Below are positions 33,537 to 46,047 of a DNA stretch of 64,000 bases, one piece after another. The notes beneath the pieces are model-generated. The model did no database searches. It was not told the origin of the DNA and saw nothing but the letters and a program-made list of their open reading frames with translations. The position numbers were made by a program, and so were the translations under genes. Position 1 is the stretch's first letter, and every line of letters begins with the position of its first letter. Source of the stretch: Candidatus Acidiferrum sp. (GTDB lineage Bacteria > Methylomirabilota > Methylomirabilia > Rokubacteriales > CSP1-6); the NCBI GenBank assembly GCA_035317605.1, contig DATHGT010000059.1, forward strand, positions 6,751 to 70,750, written 5' to 3'.

Positions 33537-33874
33537 GTGTCAGCTCCCACTGTTCGGGTTGAGTACATATCCTACGCCGCGCCGGCCCGACCTCGTCGTT
33601 CCAAGTTCCAAGAGCAGCAGATCATCCCGGCCGAGGGCCTCGCGGACCAGCGCGTTCGGCCGCGGAGGCAGTAGCCTCCGGGTGGTCGCCTCGAGTTGGT
33701 AGTACTCCAGAACCCGATCCAGGTCACGCTGAATCTTCGGCGGGCTCGCGGTACCACCCGAAGCACTGCCCCAAAAGCCCCCGAGCAGAAGATATCCCCG
33801 ACGACGAGTCGTCGAGTTTTACGCGCCTACCCACTCCGATTGCCGCCGCCTCGGGCCGCCGTGGCGCGCGGCAG

Positions 33875-35458
33875 TCATCGCTTCAGAAACTTGACCGGCT
33901 GGTCCGCGTGGCCGGACGTGTTCCATACGAGACTCCGGTACCCGGCGGAGGTCTGGAGGATGAACCACTCCGCAGTGCCCGGGCGATAGACGGCGATGTC
34001 GATCCGGCCATCGCCATCGTAGTCGGCTGGGACCGGGACATCCCCGCATCCAGGACAGCCGAAGTTCGTCTGCGTCAGGCCACCGTCCGAGGATCGGAGA
34101 ATGAACCAGTCTCCCGTACTCGGGCGGTAGACGGCGATGTCAGCTCGATGGTCCCCGTCGAAATCGGCCGGCACGGGAATATCCCCACACGACACGCAGC
34201 CCCAGTAGGGCTGGGTCACGCCGCCATCTGAGGACCGAAGGATAAACCACTGGCCGGTACTCTGGCGATAAACAGCGATGTCGGCCTTTCCATCGCCGTC
34301 GTAGTTGGCAGGCACTGGAATGTCTCCACAGGACCCACAGCCCCAGTTGACCTGGGTAAGCCCGCCATCCGATGACCGAAGGATGAACCACTGCCCCGTC
34401 GTTGGGCGGTAGACGGCGATGTCGGCGCGACCGTCACCGTCGTAGTCAGCCGGCACCGGGATATCCCCGCATGATACGCAGCCCCACCAGACATCGATCG
34501 TTCCGCCATCCGAGGATCGTTGGATCAACCACTCCCCGTTCCGATACACCGCGACGTCGCTGAACCCGTCGCCGTCATAGTCGGCAGCCACGGGCTTGTC
34601 AAGGCACGTCCCGCAGCCCCAGTTGACCTGAGTCAGCGCCCCGTCAAAAGCGCGCCGGACGAGCCATGCACCCGCGTTAGGCCGGTACACCACGATGTCG
34701 GCCTGCAGTAGAGGGTGTGGGTAGAGAAGATTCGCATTTAACCTATCGGAGTCACTTATGTCGCGCTCACATGTCTCCCCATCGAAGACGGGATTCCCCA
34801 TCGTATTGCGGCTCGCGTTTTGGCTACAATGCGGCGCCGGAACTCTCTCATCCTGACACGTACGTCCTGGTGTCATGTGCGCGAACCCCAGCATGTGGCC
34901 AAACTCGTGTGCCAAGACGGCCCCCACATCCCACTGGCCCGGCGCGGGATTGAGGGAGAACGTGAAATGGAGGTTGAACGTTATCGACTTCGTGCCACAT
35001 TGAAGACAGACGAAGCCGTATCGAGTCAAAAAGAAGTTGTTTGAAAAATAGTCGACGAATGCGACGCTCGACATCGGGTCAAGGAGACCTGCCTGCTGAT
35101 ACTTCTGAGTGGTAGCGCAATTCATGTTCAATTGCGTGTTCGTGAAGTCAAAGGCGCCAAGCTGGAATGGCGTCTGGTTGGCCGGACATTCAGCCCCGTC
35201 ATGGACCCCCGTATAGTTGCCGAGCCAGCCCTTGGCGTTCGAATCATCCCAAGCATTATGCGCACCGACAACCGCGTTTATGAGGCCAGGGTTGATGTTG
35301 GGGTCAGGGCTTGTGAGGAGATCGTACATGCCCTGGCTGAGCGATATCCCGGCGCCCGAAAGCGGACTGAAGTCAATGAGCTGACATTGTGCCGATACCG
35401 TCCCGGCGTGCGCCAGGCATACGACGATCATCACGGCGAGACCTGTTACTTTCTTCAT
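33875..35458 (-). CDS. Secreted metzincin-type zinc metalloprotease with five C-terminal FG-GAP/beta-propeller repeats
   Basis: The signal peptide is MKKVTGLAVMIVVCLAHAGTVSA. The zinc-binding motif HEFGHMLGFAH follows the HExxHxxGxxH consensus. The five repeats have the form PVPADYDGDGRADIAVYRPxTGxWFILRSSDGG. Confidence 0.75.
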   Translation of the reverse strand: MKKVTGLAVMIVVCLAHAGTVSAQCQLIDFSPLSGAGISLSQGMYDLLTSPDPNINPGLINAVVGAHNAWDDSNAKGWLGNYTGVHDGAECPANQTPFQLGAFDFTNTQLNMNCATTQKYQQAGLLDPMSSVAFVDYFSNNFFLTRYGFVCLQCGTKSITFNLHFTFSLNPAPGQWDVGAVLAHEFGHMLGFAHMTPGRTCQDERVPAPHCSQNASRNTMGNPVFDGETCERDISDSDRLNANLLYPHPLLQADIVVYRPNAGAWLVRRAFDGALTQVNWGCGTCLDKPVAADYDGDGFSDVAVYRNGEWLIQRSSDGGTIDVWWGCVSCGDIPVPADYDGDGRADIAVYRPTTGQWFILRSSDGGLTQVNWGCGSCGDIPVPANYDGDGKADIAVYRQSTGQWFILRSSDGGVTQPYWGCVSCGDIPVPADFDGDHRADIAVYRPSTGDWFILRSSDGGLTQTNFGCPGCGDVPVPADYDGDGRIDIAVYRPGTAEWFILQTSAGYRSLVWNTSGHADQPVKFLKR

Positions 35459-35814
35459 GGCTCACTCTTAACGGGTTCGGTCGACACGCCGATGATGTAG
35501 TGGGCATGGCCGTCCTTGAACGCTTTGAGGTAGAGCCGCACGGGAACGCCAGCCTCGATCGGTGCGGTGAATGTGTTTCGCGTGTGCACGATCACGATCG
35601 GCGAAACGCCCTTCTCGATTCGTACGATGTCGCCCACGATCATGCGGTCGACAGTCGCGGGAAGATTCAGAGATTGCCGCTCGCGCGGCTTGATGATCAC
35701 GATCACGTCCGCCACCTGCTCGAGCGGGATCGCGGGGTGATGCCCCGCGGCGTGGCCTGCAATCAACACCACCGCGATCACGGTGATCGCAGCCAGATAC
35801 GTCAGACCGGCCAT
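35455..35814 (-). CDS. Small N-terminally membrane-anchored protein, hypothetical; first gene of the metzincin operon
   Basis: MAGLTYLAAITVIAVVLIAGHAAGHH forms the TM helix. The gene overlaps the metzincin start by 4 nt. The longer ORF-track version (to 36111) has an implausible N-terminal extension. Confidence 0.4.
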   Translation of the reverse strand: MAGLTYLAAITVIAVVLIAGHAAGHHPAIPLEQVADVIVIIKPRERQSLNLPATVDRMIVGDIVRIEKGVSPIVIVHTRNTFTAPIEAGVPVRLYLKAFKDGHAHYIIGVSTEPVKSEP

Positions 35815-36254
35815 GCTCACTCGGGCCGCCGGTCGCGCTCGTTTCAGCACTTGGTTACGTCTGATTCCGGGCCCCGCACTGCTGATTGTGAGCATTGGCC
35901 AAACCCTCCCCAAAGTTCGTCGCACCTGGCCGCATGATTGGCGATGGCCCCCCGCGTGCCCGGGGGATCCAGGTACACCTCGGGGTGCCCGCCGTGTTGG
36001 CTTCTGTTTCCGCTCCCCCTTGTCCCCGAACAATCCTTGCCTTCTCGGCCGCGGCGAAACTCGGCGGATCCCTCTAGCTGCCTGGGCCAACTCTGCAGGC
36101 ATCTGCGCCACTTTAGGTCGCGCCTTCGTGCGTTCCTGTCGCCCCTCTTACGAGCAAACGAACTCTTTGTCAAGCATAAAAGGTGTACAGGCATTTGATG
36201 AATGAGCCTACGACTGGCGTGGCTATCGGTTGCAGCGAATCTGAGGTCCGAGTG

Positions 36255-38621
36255 CTACGTACGGGCGCGGAGGAACAGGGAGGCGCCGATGCCCAGGAAG
36301 ATGATGTTGGCCGTCCAGGCGGCGAGCATCGGGGGCAGGAGGTCGGCGCGCGAGAAGGCCAGCGCGATGTAGTGGATCACCGTGTAGGCGACCATGATCG
36401 CGATGGCCAGGCCGACGCCGAAGAGGCGGCCCCCGCGCGGTGACTGGAGCGCGAAGGGGATGGCCACCAGAACCATGATGAGGTTCTTGAGGGGCGACGA
36501 CAGCTTCGAGTAGAGATCGACGAGGTACTTCTTGACCTGGAAGCCGGCGGCCTGCAGACGGCCGACGTAGTCGCGCAGCTCCAGATAGCTCATCGCGCTG
36601 ACCGGCTTCTGGATCTGGGTGAAGTCGGCGAACTTCTCCTCCATCTCGATGGCCGCGTGCTGGAACGGCACCGTGCTCACGCCCCCGGTCGACGAGATCT
36701 CACGGAGAGCGCCGTCGCTCACGTCCCAGCCCCGAGACGTCCAGTGGGCCTTGCGGGCATCGAGCCGGTTGCGGAGCCGGAACTTGTCGTCGACCTCGAG
36801 CACGGTCACCCCGTACAGCTCCCCCGTCATCGGGCTCATCAGCTCGACCCGATAGAAGCGGGTGTCGCCGCTGCGCAGCCAGAGCCGCGAGCGCGATTGC
36901 AGGTGGCGCGGCTGCTGGCCGCGGATCTTCACCTGGTCGACCTCGTCGCCCCGCTCGTTGAGGACGGGCAGGGCCAGCTCCTGGAACATGCCGGAGCCGA
37001 TCGCCACCACCACGGCCAGCAACAGGATCGGCGCGCTCGCCCGGTACAGGCTCATGCCCGCGGCCTTGAGCGCGGTGAGCTCGTGATAGCGCGTGAGGGT
37101 GAGGAACAGGAAGATCGTCGCCACCAGCATGACGATGGGCAGCGCGTCGTGCAGCGCCGCGGGCAGGCGGTAGACGAAGTGCTCGAGGATGTAGAGGAGC
37201 GGCGGCTTGACCCGCAGGTAGCGGTCGAGGGTCTGCACGAGGTCGATGACGATGAACAGCGCCGCCGCCACCGCCAGCGTGATGGCCATGAAGAGCAGGA
37301 ACTGGCGGACCAGGTAGCGGTCGATCAGCAGGGTCGTCTCGCGGGCGGCCGCCGCGAACCGCCGTTCGCGGGCCAGGACCGGGCGGGGCACGCTCTGCCA
37401 GAGCACGTCGAGCAGGTGCCACATCACGCCCATGCGCGGGGCCCGCCACTCGAAGTGGGTGATGAACAGCAGCGAGCCGCCGATGATCGCGAACACCACG
37501 TTGGGCGCCCACACCCCGATCAGGGCGGGGATGGCGCCGCGGTTGGCCATGCCCTCGAGCGTGGTGAGCATGAGGTAGTAGGACACGAGGATCCCGAGGC
37601 TGCCGACCAGCGCGATGCTGCGGCCGCCGCGCTGCGAGCTGGCGGCCAGCGGGAACCCCACGAGGGCGAAGATCACCGCGGCCAGGGGCAGGGCGATGCG
37701 CTTGTGCCACTCGACCAGGAACGGCGCGCGGGTGTGCGGCTCGCGGCGCAGCTCGTAGATCTTCTGGGTGAGCGAGCGGAATCCCAGGTCCTTCTCCGGC
37801 TTCTCGAAGCGCGAGGTGGTCTTGAGCGGCGACTCGATGGTGAGGCTCATGTCGTAGACCTGAAACGCCGTGTACCGATAGCGCTTGCTGCCGGCCGCGC
37901 CGCCGAGGGAGGGCGTGTCGCGGGTCAGGTCCTCGGGGACGTTGGCGGGATTGACGTCGGCTTCGTTGACGCCGCCGTTGAGGAACCGCAGGGTGATCCG
38001 CTGGGTCTTCTCGTCGCTGAACAGGCGCCCCTCGCCGGCCGTGATGATGCGCGATAGCTTGGGATCGCGCTCGTCGGATACCAGGAGCCCCTTGAGGGCC
38101 ACCCGCGACGCGCTCACCTCCTCGACGTAGATGACGACGTCCCCGAACGTGGTGTTGAACACCCGCTCCTTGAGGCCGCTGGACGCGCGGGCCTGGAGGA
38201 TGCGGAAGAGCTGCAGCTGGAACGCCTGGTTCATCCGGGGCGCGAAGATCATGGTGAGGGCGCCGCTCACCAGCGTGACCGCGAGCGCGGCCAGCAGCAC
38301 GGGACGGAACAGGCGCCACAGGCTGAGCCCGGCGGCCTTGCAGGCGACGAACTCCAGGTCCGCGGACAGGCGGCCGCCGGCCAGCAGCACGGCCACCAGC
38401 AGGGCCATGGGCAGGGTGTTGCTGAGGAACGACGGCAGCATGTAGACGAGGAGCTGGAGCACCAGGTGGAAGGGGACGCCCTTGGTGACCACGAGATCGG
38501 TCAGCTGGTAGATGCGATCGAGGAACAGGAAGAACGTGAAGAGCGAAACGCCGAAGAAGAAAGGCGAGGTCAGCTCCCGGAGAAAATACCGGTCGAGCGT
38601 GGGAAGGCCGGGCCACCTCAC
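36255..38621 (-). CDS. LPS export permease LptF and LptG, encoded as one continuous reading frame (apparent LptF-LptG fusion)
   Basis: Two LptF/LptG-family (YjgP/YjgQ) permease units lie in one frame with no intervening stop. The first unit begins ..TLDRYFLREL and the second LIDRYLVRQF. A GTG start at 38621 is proposed. Confidence 0.6.
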   Translation of the reverse strand: MRWPGLPTLDRYFLRELTSPFFFGVSLFTFFLFLDRIYQLTDLVVTKGVPFHLVLQLLVYMLPSFLSNTLPMALLVAVLLAGGRLSADLEFVACKAAGLSLWRLFRPVLLAALAVTLVSGALTMIFAPRMNQAFQLQLFRILQARASSGLKERVFNTTFGDVVIYVEEVSASRVALKGLLVSDERDPKLSRIITAGEGRLFSDEKTQRITLRFLNGGVNEADVNPANVPEDLTRDTPSLGGAAGSKRYRYTAFQVYDMSLTIESPLKTTSRFEKPEKDLGFRSLTQKIYELRREPHTRAPFLVEWHKRIALPLAAVIFALVGFPLAASSQRGGRSIALVGSLGILVSYYLMLTTLEGMANRGAIPALIGVWAPNVVFAIIGGSLLFITHFEWRAPRMGVMWHLLDVLWQSVPRPVLARERRFAAAARETTLLIDRYLVRQFLLFMAITLAVAAALFIVIDLVQTLDRYLRVKPPLLYILEHFVYRLPAALHDALPIVMLVATIFLFLTLTRYHELTALKAAGMSLYRASAPILLLAVVVAIGSGMFQELALPVLNERGDEVDQVKIRGQQPRHLQSRSRLWLRSGDTRFYRVELMSPMTGELYGVTVLEVDDKFRLRNRLDARKAHWTSRGWDVSDGALREISSTGGVSTVPFQHAAIEMEEKFADFTQIQKPVSAMSYLELRDYVGRLQAAGFQVKKYLVDLYSKLSSPLKNLIMVLVAIPFALQSPRGGRLFGVGLAIAIMVAYTVIHYIALAFSRADLLPPMLAAWTANIIFLGIGASLFLRART

Positions 38622-38642
38622 CGGACTGTTGTACCATGGCCG

Positions 38643-39687
38643 CGTGAGTCGGACGTCATGGCTGCTGCTCGTGATGCTCCTGGCCCACGCGTCAGCGTCG
38701 ACCGGGATCGCCGCCGCCAACCCCTCGATCGACCGTCTGGAGCGCTTCCGCGACCTCGCGGGCCATCGCCTGGCGACCATCCAGCTCGGTGGCGGCTCGC
38801 GATCGGCCGAGGACGAGCGCGAGATCTACGCGCTGCTCGACGAGGAGATCGTGCAGAACGTGGCGAGCGGCGGGCTCTTCGCCTCCGAGGGTTTTCTCCA
38901 GGATCGCCTCGACGGATTCGCCGAGGTCTGGGGCGGGGCCACGTTCCGCGCGCTTGCCGTGGGTCCGCTGGCGGTGGTGGCCTGCTACCTCGGCGACGGC
39001 GCCAACACCGTGCGCGTCTACGGCCGCCTCGCGGGTGAGGCGGCGTTGCTCGGCACCGTGCGCCGCGAGGGACGGCCCGCGCTTCACCGGCTGCCCGGTC
39101 CCCCGCGCGCTCCCGTGGAGTTCCTGGTGGCCTGGGACGGGGCCTCATCGGGACGGGGCACCCGCGAGCTGCGGCTCGACGTGGTCCGCCTCCGTGGCGA
39201 CGACGTGAGCGTGGCCTGGAGCACCGTGGAGGCGTTTCCGGAAGGCCTGGTGGCGCGGGACTACCGCGTGCGCGGCACCGAGGTGACGATCCGCTACGAG
39301 CTGCACTATCCCGGCTGGACGCCGGGCTGCGACGGGCAGACCGAGGGAGAGGACGTGTACCGCTTCGTGGCCGAGCGCGGGGCGCTCGTGCGCGCGAGCC
39401 GCCGTCAGATCAACGACTGGCACGCGGGGCTCCATCAGTTCGTGGGCCGGATCCTTTCGGCGCTGGCCAGCGGAGACCGCGGCGCGCTGGCCCAGCTCGT
39501 GCCCGACGCCAAGCTGCGCGGGACGCTGCCGGCCCGGCTCGATCGCGACACCGCGTGCGACGCGCGCGAGGCCGGCGACCGCGTGTCGGTGGCCGCCGTC
39601 GCCGAGGCGGGACGACCGTGGACGCTCACGTTCCTGCGCGCGGGCGCCCGCTGGCGACTGACTGCGGCGAGCCCGATGCTACAATGA
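38643..39687 (+). CDS. Secreted hypothetical protein
   Basis: The signal peptide is WLLLVMLLAHASASTG. No recognisable domain was found. Confidence 0.4.
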
Positions 39688-39688
39688 T

Positions 39689-42341
<2,653 letters not shown>

Positions 42342-42343
<2 letters not shown>

Positions 42344-43094
42344 TACGCGCCAGATCCTTCAACTCGGAGTCGTCACGTCGACTCAGGCGATCGCGTTCGA
42401 GCTGGCGGAGCAGGGCGCGGCGGACGGTACGGTCGTCGTCGCGGAAACGCAGACTGAGGGGCGCGGGCGCCGGGGCCGGGTCTGGCACGACGCTCCGGGC
42501 GACAGCCTGCTCGTGTCGATCGTCGTTCGTCCTCGGTTGGACGTGTCGGACCTGCCGAAGCTCTCGCTTGCCGCGGCGGTCGCGGTCGCGGAGGCGATCG
42601 AGGCGGCGACAGGGTTGGACGTGAGGCTCAAGTGGCCGAACGACGTGCTCGTGCATCGCCGAAAGCTCGCCGGGATCCTGCTCGAGTCGAGAATCAGCGT
42701 CGCCCCGATCGTGGTCGTCGGCCTCGGGATCAATCTGCGACAACGCGTGTTCCCCGCTGCGCTGGCCGGAGCCGCGACGTCGGTCGATCTCGAGGGCGGT
42801 CGAGTGGTCGGGCGTGAGGAATTACTCGAGGTCGTGCTCGAGGCGTTCGGTCGCTGGCGGAGACGGCTCGAGAGCGAGGGCTTCGCCGCGTTGCGCACGC
42901 GCTGGCTCGCGCTCGCCGACACGATCGGGCGCACGGTGACGGTCGGGGAGCACGAGGGCCTCGCGGTCGATCTGGCCGAAGACGGTGCCCTCGTGCTGCG
43001 TCAGGCGGCGGGTCTTCAGCGCGTGTTCGCGGGTGAGGTGACGACGTCGCACCCTCGGTTGACAGCCCCGGGGACGGCGCTTATACTGCACTAA
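42342..43094 (+). CDS. birA: Biotin--[acetyl-CoA-carboxylase] ligase (BirA catalytic domain, no HTH); the start codon is unresolved
   Basis: The motifs GRGRRGRVW and KWPNDV are present. No canonical start lies between the valS stop and the conserved core. The only in-frame ATG (42120) overlaps valS by 224 nt. Confidence 0.7.
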
Positions 43095-43195
43095 ATCTAG
43101 TGGATGAGGCGGGTGGCGATCCCTACATACAGCGCTCGCGGCGCGGGCAGGGGATCGCGAGGCAGCGACGGTTCTCAAGGCGAAAGGGGCCGGCG

Positions 43196-44356
43196 ATGGG
43201 GATGTGGGTCGGGCGCGGGCGTAAGGCGAGGGTCGCGTACGGGTTCGACGATATCGCGCTGGTGCCGGGGGCACTGACCGTCAACCCCAACGAAGTCGAC
43301 ATCGGCTGGGAGTTGGGCGGCCGGCGCTTCGACCTGCCGATCATCGCCGCCGCCATGGACGGGGTGGTCAGTCCGCGGCTGGCCATCGAGATGGGCCGGC
43401 ACGGCGGCCTGGCCGTCCTCAACCTGGAAGGCGTCTTCGCCCGCTACGACAACCCCGACGAGGTGCTGGCGCGCATCGTCTCGGCGAGCCAGGAAGAAGC
43501 CACCAAGATCATCCAGTCGATCTACACCGAGCCGATCAAGGAAGAGCTGATCCACCGCCGCATCAACGAGATCAAGAAGGGCGGAGGTCCGGCCGTCGTC
43601 TCCTCGATCCCCTCGCGCGCGGAACGATTCGCCCAGATCGCCCAGGAGGCCGGCGCCGACATCTTCGTGGTCCAGTCCACGGTGACCACGGCCCGCCACC
43701 TCGCCACCGAGTACACGCCCGTCGATCTCGCCAAGCTCAAGAAGCAGCTCGCGATCCCGCTCATCATCGGCAACGTCGTGACCTACGAGGCGTGTCTCGA
43801 GCTGATGGAGTGCGGCGTCGACGCGCTCCTGATCGGGGTTGGACCCGGCGCCGCGTGCACGAGCCGTGAAGTCCTCGGGCTCGGCGTGCCGCAGGTGACC
43901 GCCACCGCCGACTCGGCGGCGGCCCGCGACTTCTACTACAAACAAACCGGCCGCTACGTGCCGATCATCACCGACGGCGGCATGACCACCGGCGGCGACG
44001 TGTGTAAGGCCCTGGCGTCGGGCGCCGATGCGGTCATGATCGGCTCGGCGTTCGCGCGGGCGGTCGAGGCGCCGGGACGCGGATATCACTGGGGCATGGC
44101 CACGCCGCACGTGAACCTGCCGCGCGGCACCCGCATCCGCGTCGGCATCGCGGGTCCGCTCGAGCAGATCCTCTTCGGACCCGCGTTCACCGAGGACGGC
44201 ACCCTGAACCTGGTGGGCGCGATCCGGACGTGCATGGGATCGGTGGGAGCGCGTAGCATCCGCGAGCTCCAGCAGACCGAGCTGATCATCGCCCCCACGA
44301 TCAAGACCGAAGGCAAGGTCTTCCAGCAGGCCCAGAAACTCGGGCGCCCGCGCTAA
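43196..44356 (+). CDS. IMP dehydrogenase/GMP reductase-family protein (GuaB-like, no CBS insert)
   Basis: The TIM-barrel IMPDH-like regions are [10 protein letters not shown] and [20 protein letters not shown]. It sits upstream of guaA. An RBS AAAGGGG lies before the ATG at 43196. Confidence 0.7.
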   Translation: MGMWVGRGRKARVAYGFDDIALVPGALTVNPNEVDIGWELGGRRFDLPIIAAAMDGVVSPRLAIEMGRHGGLAVLNLEGVFARYDNPDEVLARIVSASQEEATKIIQSIYTEPIKEELIHRRINEIKKGGGPAVVSSIPSRAERFAQIAQEAGADIFVVQSTVTTARHLATEYTPVDLAKLKKQLAIPLIIGNVVTYEACLELMECGVDALLIGVGPGAACTSREVLGLGVPQVTATADSAAARDFYYKQTGRYVPIITDGGMTTGGDVCKALASGADAVMIGSAFARAVEAPGRGYHWGMATPHVNLPRGTRIRVGIAGPLEQILFGPAFTEDGTLNLVGAIRTCMGSVGARSIRELQQTELIIAPTIKTEGKVFQQAQKLGRPR

Positions 44357-44361
44357 GCCAC

Positions 44362-45969
44362 GTGACTCCCACGGTTCGACCGTCTTCCGAGGAGCGTCCC
44401 GGCTTTGCCGGGGCGCGAGGAGAGACCGGGGGAAAAATCGCGGTCGTGGATTTCGGCGGGCAGTACACGCAGCTGATCGCCCGTCGCATCCGCGACATGT
44501 CCGTCTACTCCGAGATCGTGTCCTGCGCGGAGCCCGTCGCGACCGTGCTGCGTGGTGGCTACAGTGGCGTCATCCTCTCCGGCGGGCCGTCGAGCGTGTA
44601 CGAGGACAACGCCCCGCTGCCCGCGCGCGAGCTGTTCGAGGCCGGCGTGCCCGTCCTCGGCATCTGCTACGGCATGCAGGCGATGGGGATGCTGCTGGGC
44701 GGCCACGTGGTGCCCGCCGACCGGCGAGAATACGGCGCCGCCGAGGTGACGCTCACGGGCACGAGCCCGCTGCTCCGAGGCGTCGAGCCCGACCGCGACG
44801 GCAAGCTCAGCGTCTGGATGAGCCACGGCGACACCGTCATGCGGCCGCCCAAGGGATTTCGCGCGCTGGGCTCGACACCGAACTGTCCCGTCGCGACGAT
44901 GGCCGACGAGGAGCGCCGACTCTACGCCGTCCAGTTCCATCCCGAGGTGTCGCACACGCCGCAGGGGCGAAAGATCCTCGAGAACTTCCTCGAGGTCTGC
45001 GGGGTCACGCGCTCGTGGTCGATGGCCTCGTTCGTCGACACGACGGTCGAAGACATCCGCACGAAGGTCGGCTCCGATCGGGTGCTGTGCGCGCTGTCAG
45101 GTGGCGTGGATTCGTCGGTCGTCGCGGTCCTCGTCCACCGAGCGATCGGCGATCAGCTCACGTGCATGTTCGTCGACAACGGCGTGCTCCGGAAGGGCGA
45201 GGCGGAGTCGGTCGTTCATACCTTCCGCGACGCGTTCAAGATCAACCTCGTTCACGTCGACGCCTCGCGCCGCTTCCTCTCGGCGCTGCACGGGGTCACC
45301 GACCCCGAGCTGAAGCGCAAGCGGATCGGGGCCGAGTTCATCGCGGTCTTCGAGGACGAGGCTAAGAAGCTCGGCGAGATGCCCTGGCTGGCTCAGGGCA
45401 CGCTCTATCCGGACGTGATCGAGTCGGTCTCGTTCAAGGGACCGTCGGCCACGATCAAGACGCACCACAACGTCGGCGGGCTGCCCACGCGCATGCAGTT
45501 CAAGCTGCTCGAGCCGCTGCGCGAGCTGTTCAAGGACGAGGTCCGCCGGGTGGGCGAGCTGCTCGGGTTGCCCGGGGACATCGTGTGGCGCCAGCCGTTC
45601 CCCGGCCCGGGCCTTGCCATCCGCGTGCTCGGCGAAGTCACGCCGGAGCGCCTCGATCTGCTGCGCGAGGCGGACGCGATCGTTCAGGACGAAGTCCGGA
45701 CGGCCGGGCTCGAGCGCGAGCTGTGGCAGGCCTTCGCGGTGCTGCTGCCGGTGCGCACGGTGGGCGTCATGGGCGACTTCCGGACGTACGCGCAGGTGAT
45801 CGCGCTCCGCGCCGTCATGAGCCAGGACGCCATGACCGCCGACTGGGCCCGCCTCCCTTACGATCTGCTCGGAAAGATCAGCAACCGAATCATCAACGAA
45901 GTCAAAGGAATCAACCGCGTCGTCTTCGACATCTCCTCAAAGCCGCCAAGCACGATCGAATGGGAGTAG
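44362..45969 (+). CDS. guaA: GMP synthase (glutamine-hydrolysing)
   Basis: The GATase region [20 protein letters not shown] and the ATP-PPase motif SGGVDSSV are present. The C-terminus is ..IEWE. Confidence 0.95.
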   Translation: MTPTVRPSSEERPGFAGARGETGGKIAVVDFGGQYTQLIARRIRDMSVYSEIVSCAEPVATVLRGGYSGVILSGGPSSVYEDNAPLPARELFEAGVPVLGICYGMQAMGMLLGGHVVPADRREYGAAEVTLTGTSPLLRGVEPDRDGKLSVWMSHGDTVMRPPKGFRALGSTPNCPVATMADEERRLYAVQFHPEVSHTPQGRKILENFLEVCGVTRSWSMASFVDTTVEDIRTKVGSDRVLCALSGGVDSSVVAVLVHRAIGDQLTCMFVDNGVLRKGEAESVVHTFRDAFKINLVHVDASRRFLSALHGVTDPELKRKRIGAEFIAVFEDEAKKLGEMPWLAQGTLYPDVIESVSFKGPSATIKTHHNVGGLPTRMQFKLLEPLRELFKDEVRRVGELLGLPGDIVWRQPFPGPGLAIRVLGEVTPERLDLLREADAIVQDEVRTAGLERELWQAFAVLLPVRTVGVMGDFRTYAQVIALRAVMSQDAMTADWARLPYDLLGKISNRIINEVKGINRVVFDISSKPPSTIEWE

Positions 45970-46047
45970 GAGGTGAGGCCGTCCGACGGCCGAGCCGACG
46001 CTTCAATGACCGAATAGTAGGAGACAGTCTCGAAAGCGAGGTCGCCC

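Noticed and set aside
35455-36111. Long version (218 aa) of the small gene upstream of the metzincin
   Set aside because: The N-terminal 99 residues are Arg/Pro/Gly-rich with no start context. The internal ATG at 35814 gives a clean TM-anchored 119-aa protein.
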